From Macrostomum hystrix (lineage: Eukaryota > Animalia > Platyhelminthes): a DNA stretch of 64,000 bases. The stretch spans positions 4,092,001 to 4,156,000 of the forward strand of contig CATNEN010000003.1 of assembly GCA_950097015.1 (NCBI GenBank), read 5' to 3'. Each line of letters opens with the position of its first letter. The stretch's first letter is position 1. The position numbers and the translations under genes are program-made. This document shows, in pieces, positions 1-10,300 of this stretch. Under the pieces are notes generated by a model. It ran no database searches and had not been told where the DNA came from. It saw only the letters and a program-made list of their open reading frames with translations.

Positions 1-987
1 AGTAGCTTTTTACAGAAATACATAATTTCTGTACAACTGTGAGACAGCAGTACCATTCTTACTGTTCACTGGCTTTATTTTTGATTTCTGAAAAAACCGC
101 TCAGCTTGCCTGCCTTCCCTTTCCTCCAAGCGAGTTGGAGAAAAGCGGTCATCAATGGTTGCAGCCGAGCTATGCTAGATAGCAGCTGCAACCCGCTTCG
201 CGCTCAGAAAGGCAGGCTTGGCCTCGTCCTCGCGGGTTTGGGTCCAGGGTCAATTTTGGTTGACGTCCTGGCGAAACATACTATAGAAATGATCCCTAAA
301 AGTATGATCTTAAAGATTTGACAGGCAAATTCAAGGCTTTATGTAAAGAGTGTCTACGCAACTAAACAAGAGTCATTATTTTCGTAGAGTAAAACTTTAC
401 CCCGACATAACGAGAGGGACATGATAAATTACTGTTTATATCAGTTAGCTAAGTAGCTAAGCAATTATTTTATTATGAAATTGTTACTTTAAAGATAATA
501 AAACAAAAAGCCAAATAATAAATTTGACTTATCCTAGAGCTCTTTGTAAAATTAAATTGAAGACGAGAGCGATCAAACGAACTATTGCTCTACTATGAGT
601 AATACTCGTTAAATCATTCGTCTGATCAACACATTGAGCAGTAGGCGCAAATTTATGTGTTCGATAATTTCAGCAATCGCGGAATAATTTTTTTTGTGTA
701 TTTCATCATATAATAAAGAGAGAGAGAGATCAGTAACTGATAAAATTAAACGATTTGCATTGTGGAAAGTGATTCAGTGAAATCCGCAGCTTAACAAGAA
801 TATCAACACCTCACAGTTAACTGTTCACAAAATCAGAAATGAAAAAAATGGTACTTTCGCGTCATGAGTGACTTAAATGACATAACTATAGCGATAATAA
901 ATCAAATTAATGTTAACAGTTTAAATACAAAGTCTTTCTAGTGTGACCTTCAAAAGCCGTCAACAATCTTTAATAGAGTTTAGGATG

Positions 988-1210
988 CTGAGGAAACTGC
1001 TCAAGGTGACTGTTCTCACAGCTGCGATTCCTAGGAAGTTTTTGGAGGCTGAGGAAACTGCTCAATGGGACTGTTCTCACAGCTGCGATTCCTAGGCAGT
1101 TTTTGGAGGCTGAGGAAACTGCTCAAGGTGACTGTTCTCACAGCTGCGATTCCTAGGCAGTTTTTGGAGGCTGAGGAAACTGCTCAAGGTGACTGTTCTC
1201 ACAGCTGCGA
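988..1210. repeat. 61-bp tandem repeat, about 3.7 copies
   Basis: CTGAGGAAACTGCTCAAGGTGACTGTTCTCACAGCTGCGA... recurs at 988, 1049, 1110 and 1171. Confidence 0.9.
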
Positions 1211-1805
1211 TGCCATGTTTTGCAGGGTAAGGAGCCTAATAGGGCAAGCGAAAATAGTAGGAATTTAAAGAAATAATCAAAATAATTCCTAGGGAAGAAC
1301 AAAATTAGCAGCAGAAAATTATAACAAAAAATACTAAATGAAAAATATTGCAGGACTAAGAATTGCCAGTTGAAAAAAGACAATTAAGTTGCAAAAACTT
1401 AAAGTAGAAAGATAGAGCTGTTATTGCACTTTGAGACATAAATGAGGACTTTGAGCAAGTACGAGCAATGTAAAATACAACAATCACTACTCGAAAGTAG
1501 GATGAGACGAGCGACTATCAATAAAATAAACAGAAAGAGAAAAATCTTTTAATGTTTGACAAAATAAATTAGGACAGAAAATGTTAGCAAGAAATGTGCA
1601 ATACGTAATGTTTGAACACCAACAATGACATTTAGAATTGGTATTGCTTAGATACTTTATGCCCTGCAATACTATCAACACCTCATACTGAATTAGCTAA
1701 AATCAGAATAGCAATTGTATAGTGCACAGTGAAAGAAGTCAACCCTGATGAGGTTTAGCACCGAAAATTTATTTTACCGAGGTAAGCCTAGCCAGACACA
1801 GAGGA

Positions 1806-4794
1806 TCAGCCAACAATGAACTGTTTGTAATCTTTCAGTCGCTTCAGCTGGGATCGAATCGATTTGACTAGGTCGCTTGGTTGCAGCACCAGGCTAATCT
1901 CCTGGCCGTTGGCATTCAATCGAAGCGCCACCTCCTTGGGCTCGGGCCAGAGGCTCAGCGGCCGGCCGTTGACCTCCGTGATGGTCCAGGTGCAAAAATT
2001 GGCATCGTCAACTGCGCCAGTTGTGCGATAGGCGAGGCCGTGAGCGGCTGCCAGGCCCTCCTGCTGAACGTGGCAGACTTCGGCCTTCTGACCGACGGTC
2101 TGGAGGCCCAGTGAGCGACCGTCCTGGCGTTGGACGCAGAAGGCTTTGCCGTAGGGCAGGCGGCGAAGTCTCAGAGACACCCGATCGAATGAGCCCTGCA
2201 GAATGCGGCGCAGCTGGTCTAGAGACTCCAGCGAGAAGCCGTCAACGGAGATTACCTGGGCAGGTTGATTTGGGCTTCATCAACTGATATCTCATTCATC
2301 AGACTTAATAATCATATTAAGTACTTTGGAATTCAACTGCTCGGAAAATCTCATTGAGATTAAACCTAGCTTTCATAGACTCACGAAACATCCCCTACTG
2401 ACATTCTAATGAGAACAGTATCAGTCTCACCTCATCCCATGAGAACAGTATCAGTCTCACCTCATCCCATGAGAACAGTATCAGTCTCACCTCATCCCAT
2501 GAGAACAGTATCAGTCTCACCTCATCCCATGAGAACAGTATCAGTCTCACCTCATCCCATGAGAACAGTATCAGTCTCACCTCATCCCATGAGAACAGTA
2601 TCAGTCTCACCTCATCCCATGAGAACAGTATCAGTCTCACCTCATCCCATGAGAACAGTATCAGTCTCACCTCATCCCATGAGAACAGTATCAGTCTCAC
2701 CTCATCCCATGAGAACAGTATCAGTCTCACCTCATCCCATGAGAACAGTATCAGTCTCACCTCATCCCATGAGAACAGTATCAGTCTCACCTCATCCCAT
2801 GAGAACAGTATCAGTCTCACCTCATCCCATGAGAACAGTATCAGTCTCACCTCATAAGAGAACAGTATCAGTCTCACCTCATCCCATGAGAACAGTATCA
2901 GTCTCACCTCATAAGAGAACAGTATCAGTCTCACCTCATCCCATGAGAACAGTATCAGTCTCACCTCATCCCATGAGAACAGTATCAGTCTCACCTCATC
3001 CCATGAGAACAGTATCAGTCTCACCTCATCCCATGAGAACAGTATCAGTCTCACCTCATCCCATGAGAACAGTATCAGTCTCACCTCATCCCATGAGAAC
3101 AGTATCAGTCTCACCTCATCCCATGAGAACAGTATCAGTCTCACCTCATCCCATGAGAACAGTATCAGTCTCACCTCATCCCATGAGAACAGTATCAGTC
3201 TCACCTCATCCCATGAGAACAGTATCAGTCTCACCTCATCCCATGAGAACAGTATCAGTCTCACCTCATCCCATGAGAACAGTATCAGTCTCACCTCATC
3301 CCATGAGAACAGTATCAGTCTCACCTCATCCTATTCTCCCCATGCTCCCAATCCTAGTCTCAAAAGAGTGAGTACTAGGCATCAGCTCACCTCGTCGCCG
3401 ACGTGCAGGCAGGAGTGTAGGCGGGTGGCTTGCCTACTCCAGCCAGCAATCCAGAATCTGCCGCCGGCACACTGAACAACTGCCACATTGTTGAGCAGGT
3501 CGGCGCTCTTACAGGTGACCGCCACGCCGCCCGGATACAAAATCTGTCGCTTCAAGCGTTCCACAGCCGAGCTCAGAGGCGTCAGTCGCGGACCTCCTGG
3601 CAGCGGGTTGACATAGAACTGGCCATTGTCAGCCGCTTCAACGGCCACGTCAGTCTTGGGCTCGAAGAAGCCAGCGAGAGGAATCGGACGAAGTTCGCGA
3701 CGGAAGCCGGGCGGATCCGGGTTGGGCCGGTGGACGCCGGACACGGAGCGGAACCGCTTGGTCCTTAGCGAGCTCAGGCCGTCCCAGTCCTCCAGTTCGC
3801 GATATTTCTTCTCAAGTAGAGCGTAGGCAGCTGGATTGAGGCTGGCTAGTTCATTACGACCATCAGGAGCTGCGTCGGGCGCGGCCGAGGCGGCCTGAGA
3901 CAATTCGTCGCGAAGTCGAACAACGCCAGACTGACCCTGTGAAGCTTCGATGCGCTGTTCAACTCGACGCAGCTCAATTAGGATTTCATTGTTCTGTTCG
4001 CTGTTAGCAACCAGGCCGGAGGCTCTTGTGCAGCAGGCGGCGCCACCTGTTATCTCCGGATCTTCGGCATCGTCGCCGGGCTCGTAGATTCCGGCTGCGT
4101 CAGCGGCGTCGAAAACGCCGTAAATGTTGTCCGGCTTCTGGCGAGTGGAGTACTGCGCCAGGTTGCGGTCAAGGATGTCCGACCAGTCAGCTGATGATGG
4201 CGGCAATGACGGTTGGAGGTGTGAATGCGTGAATACTATAGGTTTCATTGTAACAGGCGTTACTAACAGGTGTCACTGTGACAGGCGTTACTGACAGGTG
4301 TCACTATGACAGGCGTTACTGACAGGTGCCACTGTGACAGGCGTGACTGACATGTGTGGCAGCGACAGGAGATACAAGTGTGACTGTGACAGGTGTGAAT
4401 GGTGACAGTTGTGACAGTGACAGGTGTGACAGTGACAGGTGTGACTGTCACAGGTGTACTCACAGGCTTCAGCCTCAGACTCAGCGGTGAGGGTGAGTAC
4501 CCTGTCAGACAGTGTGAGCATGAAGCTGCACACATCGCTAGGCGATCTAATCACTCGCAGGCAGCCGCGCAGATCAAAAGAATTAATTGGAGCGTCAGTT
4601 CTGGCCGAGTTGGAATCCTCATAGTACTCCAGAGAGGGCAGGCCGCCGAAGATGAGGAATACGAACCATCGCCGGGTGGCTCTGTGCAGTAGGGTCATGG
4701 ACTTCAGACCTGAGACAGCGCCGGCTCCGCTGCCAAGGTGGCTGGATGTCTGCTTCTTCAGGTAGCCAGCCTTGATGGTGATTTGCTGATTCAT
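1806..4794 (-). CDS. PH-domain adaptor protein with C-terminal PDZ-like region, 3 exons (4794-4464, 4190-3391, 2255-1806), about 526 aa
   Basis: N-terminal PH signature (KAGYLKK...RRWFVF...LEYYE...LTAESEAEASDW) is completed across a GT-AG join. The HVGDE|VISVDG join gives a PDZ-like motif. Exons sum to 1581 nt in frame. Tyr motifs NIY, GIY and YVN lie in the middle. Confidence 0.8.
2409..3331. repeat. 30-bp intronic minisatellite (about 31 copies, two 27-bp variants)
   Basis: Unit GAGAACAGTATCAGTCTCACCTCATCCCAT, near-perfect, inside intron 2 of the PH gene. Confidence 0.97.
4252..4462. repeat. Irregular GTGACA(GG) minisatellite in PH-gene intron 1
   Basis: Repeated GTGACAGG/TGACTG motifs start immediately at the donor (4463). 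Confidence 0.8.
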
Positions 4795-4957
4795 TTGCCA
4801 GCCAGCTTAACTTTATCGAATTTGACAACAGCTGCTCCGCTGCTTGCTAATGACAGGGCTGGAATTGCAGAGGGACGATGCGTCAAGCTCGTACATAGAA
4901 ACAGTGAGAGAATGGAAAGGGGGAGACGAGAAGCTAGGAAATAGGTGAAAATAATTA

Positions 4958-6242
4958 GATAAGAAGTCAGAGTTCAGGTGAGAGTAAGGAGATAAGAAGT
5001 CAGAGTTCAGGTGAGAGTAAGGAGATAAGAAGTCAGAGTTCAGGTGAGAGTAAGGAGATAAGAAGTCAGAGTTCAGGTGAGAGTAAGGAGATAAGAAGTC
5101 AGAGTTCAGGTGAGAGTAAGGAGATAAGAAGTCAGAGTTCAGGTGAGAGTAAGGAGATAAGAAGTCAGAGTTCAGGTGAGAGTAAGGAGATAAGAAGTCA
5201 GAGTTCAGGTGAGAGTAAGGAGATAAAAAGTCAGAGTTCAGGTGAGAGTAAGGAGATAAGAAGTCAGAGTTCAGGTGAGAGTAAGGAGATAAGAAGTCAG
5301 AGTTCAGGTGAGAGTAAGGAGATAAGAAGTCAGAGTTCAGGTGAGAGTAAGGAGATAAGAAGTCAGAGTTCAGGTGAGAGTAAGGAGATAAGAAGTCAGA
5401 GTTCAGGTGAGAGTAAGGAGATAAGAAGTCAGAGTTCAGGTGAGAGTAAGGAGATAAGAAGTCAGAGTTCAGGTGAGAGTAAGGAGATAAGAAGTCAGAG
5501 TTCAGGTGAGAGTAAGGAGATAAGAAGTCAGAGTTCAGGTGAGAGTAAGGAGATAAGAAGTCAGAGTTCAGGTGAGAGTAAGGAGATAAGAAGTCAGAGT
5601 TCAGGTGAGAGTAAGGAGATAAGAAGTCAGAGTTCAGGTGAGAGTAAGGAGATAAAAAGTCAGAGTTCAGGTGAGAGTAAGGAGATAAGAAGTCAGAGTT
5701 CAGGTGAGAGTAAGGAGATAAGAAGTAAGGAGGCAGGAGAGAGTAGAAGTCAGGAGACAGGTGAGAGTAAGGAGATAAGAAGTAAGGAGACAGGTGAGAG
5801 TAAGGAGATAAGAAGTAAGGAGACAGGTGAGAGAAAGGAGATAAGAAGTAAGGAGACAGGTGAGAGTAAGGAGATAAGAAGTAAGGAGACAGGTGAGAGA
5901 AAGGAGATAAGAAGTAAGGAGACAGGTGAGAGAAAGGAGATAAGAAGTAAGGAGACAGGTGAGAGAAAGGAGATAAGAAGTAAGGAGACAGGTGAGAGTA
6001 AGGAGATAAGAAGGAGACAGGTGAGAGTAAGGAGATAAGAAGTAAGGAGACAGGTGAGAGTAAGGAGATAAGAAGGAGACAGGTGAGAGTAAGGAGATAA
6101 GAAGGAGGCAGGTGAGAGAAAGGAGATAAGAAGTAAGGAGACAGGTGAGAGTAAGGAGATAAGAAGGAGACAGGTGAGAGTAAGGAGATAAGAAGGAGGC
6201 AGGTGAGAGAAAGGAGATAAGAAGTCTGAGTTCAGGTGAGAG
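4958..6242. repeat. 33-bp purine-rich minisatellite with degenerate 27-33-bp tail; probably inside a 5'UTR intron of the PH gene
   Basis: Unit GATAAGAAGTCAGAGTTCAGGTGAGAGTAAGGA. Candidate minus-strand acceptor near 4859 and donor near 6358. Confidence 0.93.
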
Positions 6243-7376
6243 ATTAGAAGTAAAAAGAAAGGTGAGATCTGAGAAGAGTTAGCAGTTAAACTAAGAGAAA
6301 AGATAAGAGACTATGAGATAAAAACTGACTGTTAAACGAAAGACTACACAGGTATTACCCTCAGTGCTGTAGCAGATTCAATTATTTAAAACTAGTTTCG
6401 CCACTTTTCTTATCAGTAAAATCAGTAGCCTGCAATTAAAAAAACGACTACAGAAACTCTACACCGAATCGTAGTCCAAGGTCAAATCAAAGTCTGCCTA
6501 CGAGCTATATATGAAGTGAAAATGGCGAGTCAAGCTAAAATCTTTAAATATGACCCAACTATACTAAAAGTTAAAGGCCTTATCAACTGGTTAAGTGACA
6601 GGAAATAGGGTGAAGGTGCGAGGTGGGAGTTTGTTTGGTTAAAGTTATCTATATAACACTAGCACATATATAGAATAGAATATTATTACAAAGCTTAACT
6701 TCTAGCCCCAAGGCTTGCCCAGCTAGGACTCTATGTACAGTTGGATACTGACATATACAGGCAAATTGTGGGTGAGGCTGGTGACATTGTCGGCATTTGC
6801 TAAGCTAACTATGTTGCCAAGTCTTGCTTACAAAGCTACCATCGACAGGGAGAGAAGAATAGGGAGCAGGGAGGGAAGGAGAGACAATATGAGGAGCCTA
6901 GGATTGACAAGATCCACAGACTTAGCCCAGCTAGAGAAACAGCAATCGACAATAAACTAAAACTAAAGTTCACAATGTCTTCTAAAATATTATAGAAAAA
7001 ATCCATTTAGTTAGGTTCGCGCATGTTTGAAAGGTTAATGAATAAGGAGATTTTAGTAGCAAAAGGTAGCAAATTTTCCTTGCTAACGAAATGGAAGACC
7101 ATTATATATATAGATACAGTAATACAGTATAACCGAATGCTGGAATTAAGTTTTTCGGGACGGGGTTTTGCAGTGTAAAAAATCCGATTCGGTGAAAGAT
7201 TCGAATAAACAAAAAACATTCCTTGGCCGCGCATAAAAAAACATTGAAATACAATTTGCATCACAGTTGATCGTTTATAATAATAAGCTGTTGGTATTGG
7301 AGCACAGTTGGAATCTTAAAGCATGAAAATGTTTGTTTAGAATGTAAGTGTTTTTCAAAGTCCAGTATCACAATGT

Positions 7377-10300
7377 CTAGTTATCCTCTTTCTCCTCTTC
7401 CTCTTCCTCATCTTCGTCGCCTTCCGCGGTGTCGTCCGCAGTCGCATTGGTTGTCGGCGCATCATCTGAGGCCTCTTCGGTAACCGTGGTGAGCGGCGCG
7501 TCTTCCAGGCGTTGCAGGCGAGCCCGGAGCTGCTCGGTGTCATCGATAGCCAGGAGCTCCTGGGCCAGGCTTGGAGTCAGTTTGAGAAGGGCGTCCGCGG
7601 ACAGGGCTGGCAGAGAGAGCGACTGCAGACGATCGCGAAGCTGTTCAACGCCTGATGGTTGAGAATGAGGGCGAGTGAGCGCTCCTTGCTTTATTGAGCA
7701 CTCCTAGCTTTATTGAGCACTCTTAGCTTTATTGAGCACTCTTAGCTTTATTGAGCACTCCTAGCTTTATTGAGCACTCAGCTTTATTGAGCACTCTTAG
7801 CTTTATTGAGCACTCTTAGCTTTATTGAGCACTCCTAGCTTTATTGAGCACTCTTAGCTTTATTGAGCACTCCTAGCTTTATTGAGCACTCCTAGCTTTA
7901 TTGAGCACTCTTAGCTTTATTTAGCACTCCTAGCTTTATTGAGCACTCCTAGCTTTATTGAGCACTCTTAGCTTTATTGAGCACTCCTAGCTTTATTGAG
8001 CACTTCAAGTCACACTCTGAGGTATCTTGGAGTGCTCAATATCTAAGGTAGCTTCTTGGAGTGCTCAATATCTAAGGTAGCTGCTGCTTGGAGTGCTCAA
8101 TATCTAAGGTAGCTTGGAGTGCTCAATATCTAAGGTAGCTGCTTGGAGTGCTCTATATCCAAGGTAGCTTGGAGTGCTCAATATCTAAGGTAGCTGCTTG
8201 GAGTGCTCTATATCTAAGGTAGCTTGGAGTGCTCAATATCTAAGGTAGCTGCTTGGAGTGCTCTATATCTAAGGTAGCTTGGAGTGCTCAATAATGTGTC
8301 TGGAACATTTCGAGCCGCCTTCGATATTGAGCACTCGAAGCTAGCCTAGATTGAGCACTCGAAGCTAGCCTAGATTGAGCACTCCAAGGCGAAACAGAGC
8401 CAGTCAAATCAACTCACTGGCTATATCCGCCTGTGTCTGATGCAGGCCCTTCTGTTCTTCAAAAGCGGCCGAGATTTCCAAATCGCCGCCAATATCCACA
8501 TTGGCGTCTGGCGACTCCTCCGGCACGGCCGGTGCAGGCGGCGGAAAAACCAGCAGGTAGTCACGCTGTGCAGCCTGCACAGCAACGAAAAGTTGAAGTG
8601 CTGTTTGAATAGTAATGTACACAGGTGGGAAAGGCCGATACGATAGCTCCCAAACCGAATGAAGAAAATGAAGAAAGAAAGATTACCTCGGCTAGTTGAA
8701 CAAGACGCTGTGCAGCATCTTCAGCGAGGTCGACATCCTCCACGACGGACCAAGCTCCTTTGGGCTGGAAGCGCACAGGGAAGTTGAAAACCTGGCCAGG
8801 TGGTATGCCGTACCAGCCTGCAATGAGTTCAGGTTTGGCTAGCCGTTGAGTGAGCCTTTTTCACAAGACTAAGGAAATGCCCTGATTAATGACTTCAGGG
8901 TATCAGCTGTTAATAATAAAAATAATTGCAGGAGGGCTGCGGGCAATCGCAAATTATTTAGTGACACTAGAAATTCGACCCATTTCGCAGACTCCTGAGC
9001 ACACACGCACACAAATACCGCACTCAGGCACTCGCTCACACAGGTGTGTACTACTTCTTCTTCTGCCCTTTTTTCGCCGTTAGGCGTGGGCCCCGGGAGC
9101 ATTCTAACTAATTATGGCAGACACGAGCATGTCTTGCCATGTTCGTCGCTGCCAGCGTTCTGCCGCATCCTTCGCAGGTCTTGGTCTTATTCACGTACTT
9201 TCTAGCCTTCAGCATCCTTTCCGTTTCTGTCTTGTCTTCTTCTCTTTCTCTGATGTTGATATGTCCGTTACAGGTTCTCTTGTGGCGGGCCATGTTAGAC
9301 TTGGATATTACTTTCTTGCATGTGATGCAAGCTATGGTGTGTGTAGTTGTTCTTGTCTCGCCTCGGCACGCCTTGCCGTGGTTCTTCATCGTCGCTTCTT
9401 GTTGGAACCCTTTAGAACACTTTGGACAGTTGAAGATCTGTGGTGTCTCCCTTGATCGGTGCATTCTCTTTTGGTGTATTGTCAGGCCCCCTTTGCTTTT
9501 GCATATCTTTCCGCAGTTATCGTATTCGCACTTGAAACCGCTTGTTGTTGGCTCCTTCTTCTTTGGAGGGGCGTTCCTCTTGCTCGAGTTGGTGTTGGTG
9601 TTTGATGTTTTCTTGCCTTGTGATTGTTCCCATTGTTCAATGTGCTTTATTCGGGCTTTTACCCAGTCTCGCCATTTACGTCTGTCTGTGGCTATTCGCT
9701 CGATATCGGATGGGTCTAGTCCGCCGTCACGTATTAATCTTTTCCAGTAGTTTATGGTGTTGGTTTTGCGGCGTCGTAATTTTGGTATCTTCTCCAGTCC
9801 TCGGTACCATCAAAGTACTGCACGCTTCGTTTGTCGGTCATCAGGCATTCTGAGAACGTGGCCGACACGTATCAAATGTGCTTTCTCGATTTTCGTTCTT
9901 ATCGATTTTACCCCTAGTTCGGTGCGGATATCCTGCATGTTGTATCCTTTCATTTCCATTTCCCGTAAGGGTTCCATTGTTTTTGAGCTCCAGATGTGTC
10001 GGTAGATTCTGTCTATGTGCCTTTGTAGGGTTTTGATTTCGGATGTGTGGAAAGGTCGAGTGTTGGCATGGAAGAGTAATGTGCTCTCTATGCATGCTTC
10101 CACGACTTTGGCCTGTGTGGTTTTAGATAGCTTGCTTTTCATGAATCTTTTCCTAATAGATAACCAGCTCTTGGTCGCCCTCATCACTCTTTGTTTCGTG
10201 TCCTTCGTTCTGCCCATCCAGCTTCCTAGCATTCTCACTTCTTCTCCTTCCTTTGTGCCAAGGAGCATTTCCTCTTGCTTCTTGTCGTTTGTTCTTTCTT

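Noticed and set aside
2395-3371. Long repetitive ORFs on both strands
   Set aside because: Stop-free translations of an intronic 30-bp minisatellite.
9052-9110. LINE as the mobilising partner of SINE family A
   Set aside because: The 3' ends and tail repeats differ ((AGA)n versus (TTA)n).
9810-9812. In-frame TGA as selenocysteine or programmed readthrough
   Set aside because: It lies in a 5'-truncated dead copy; a point mutation (likely GGA to TGA in AVLGW) is simpler.
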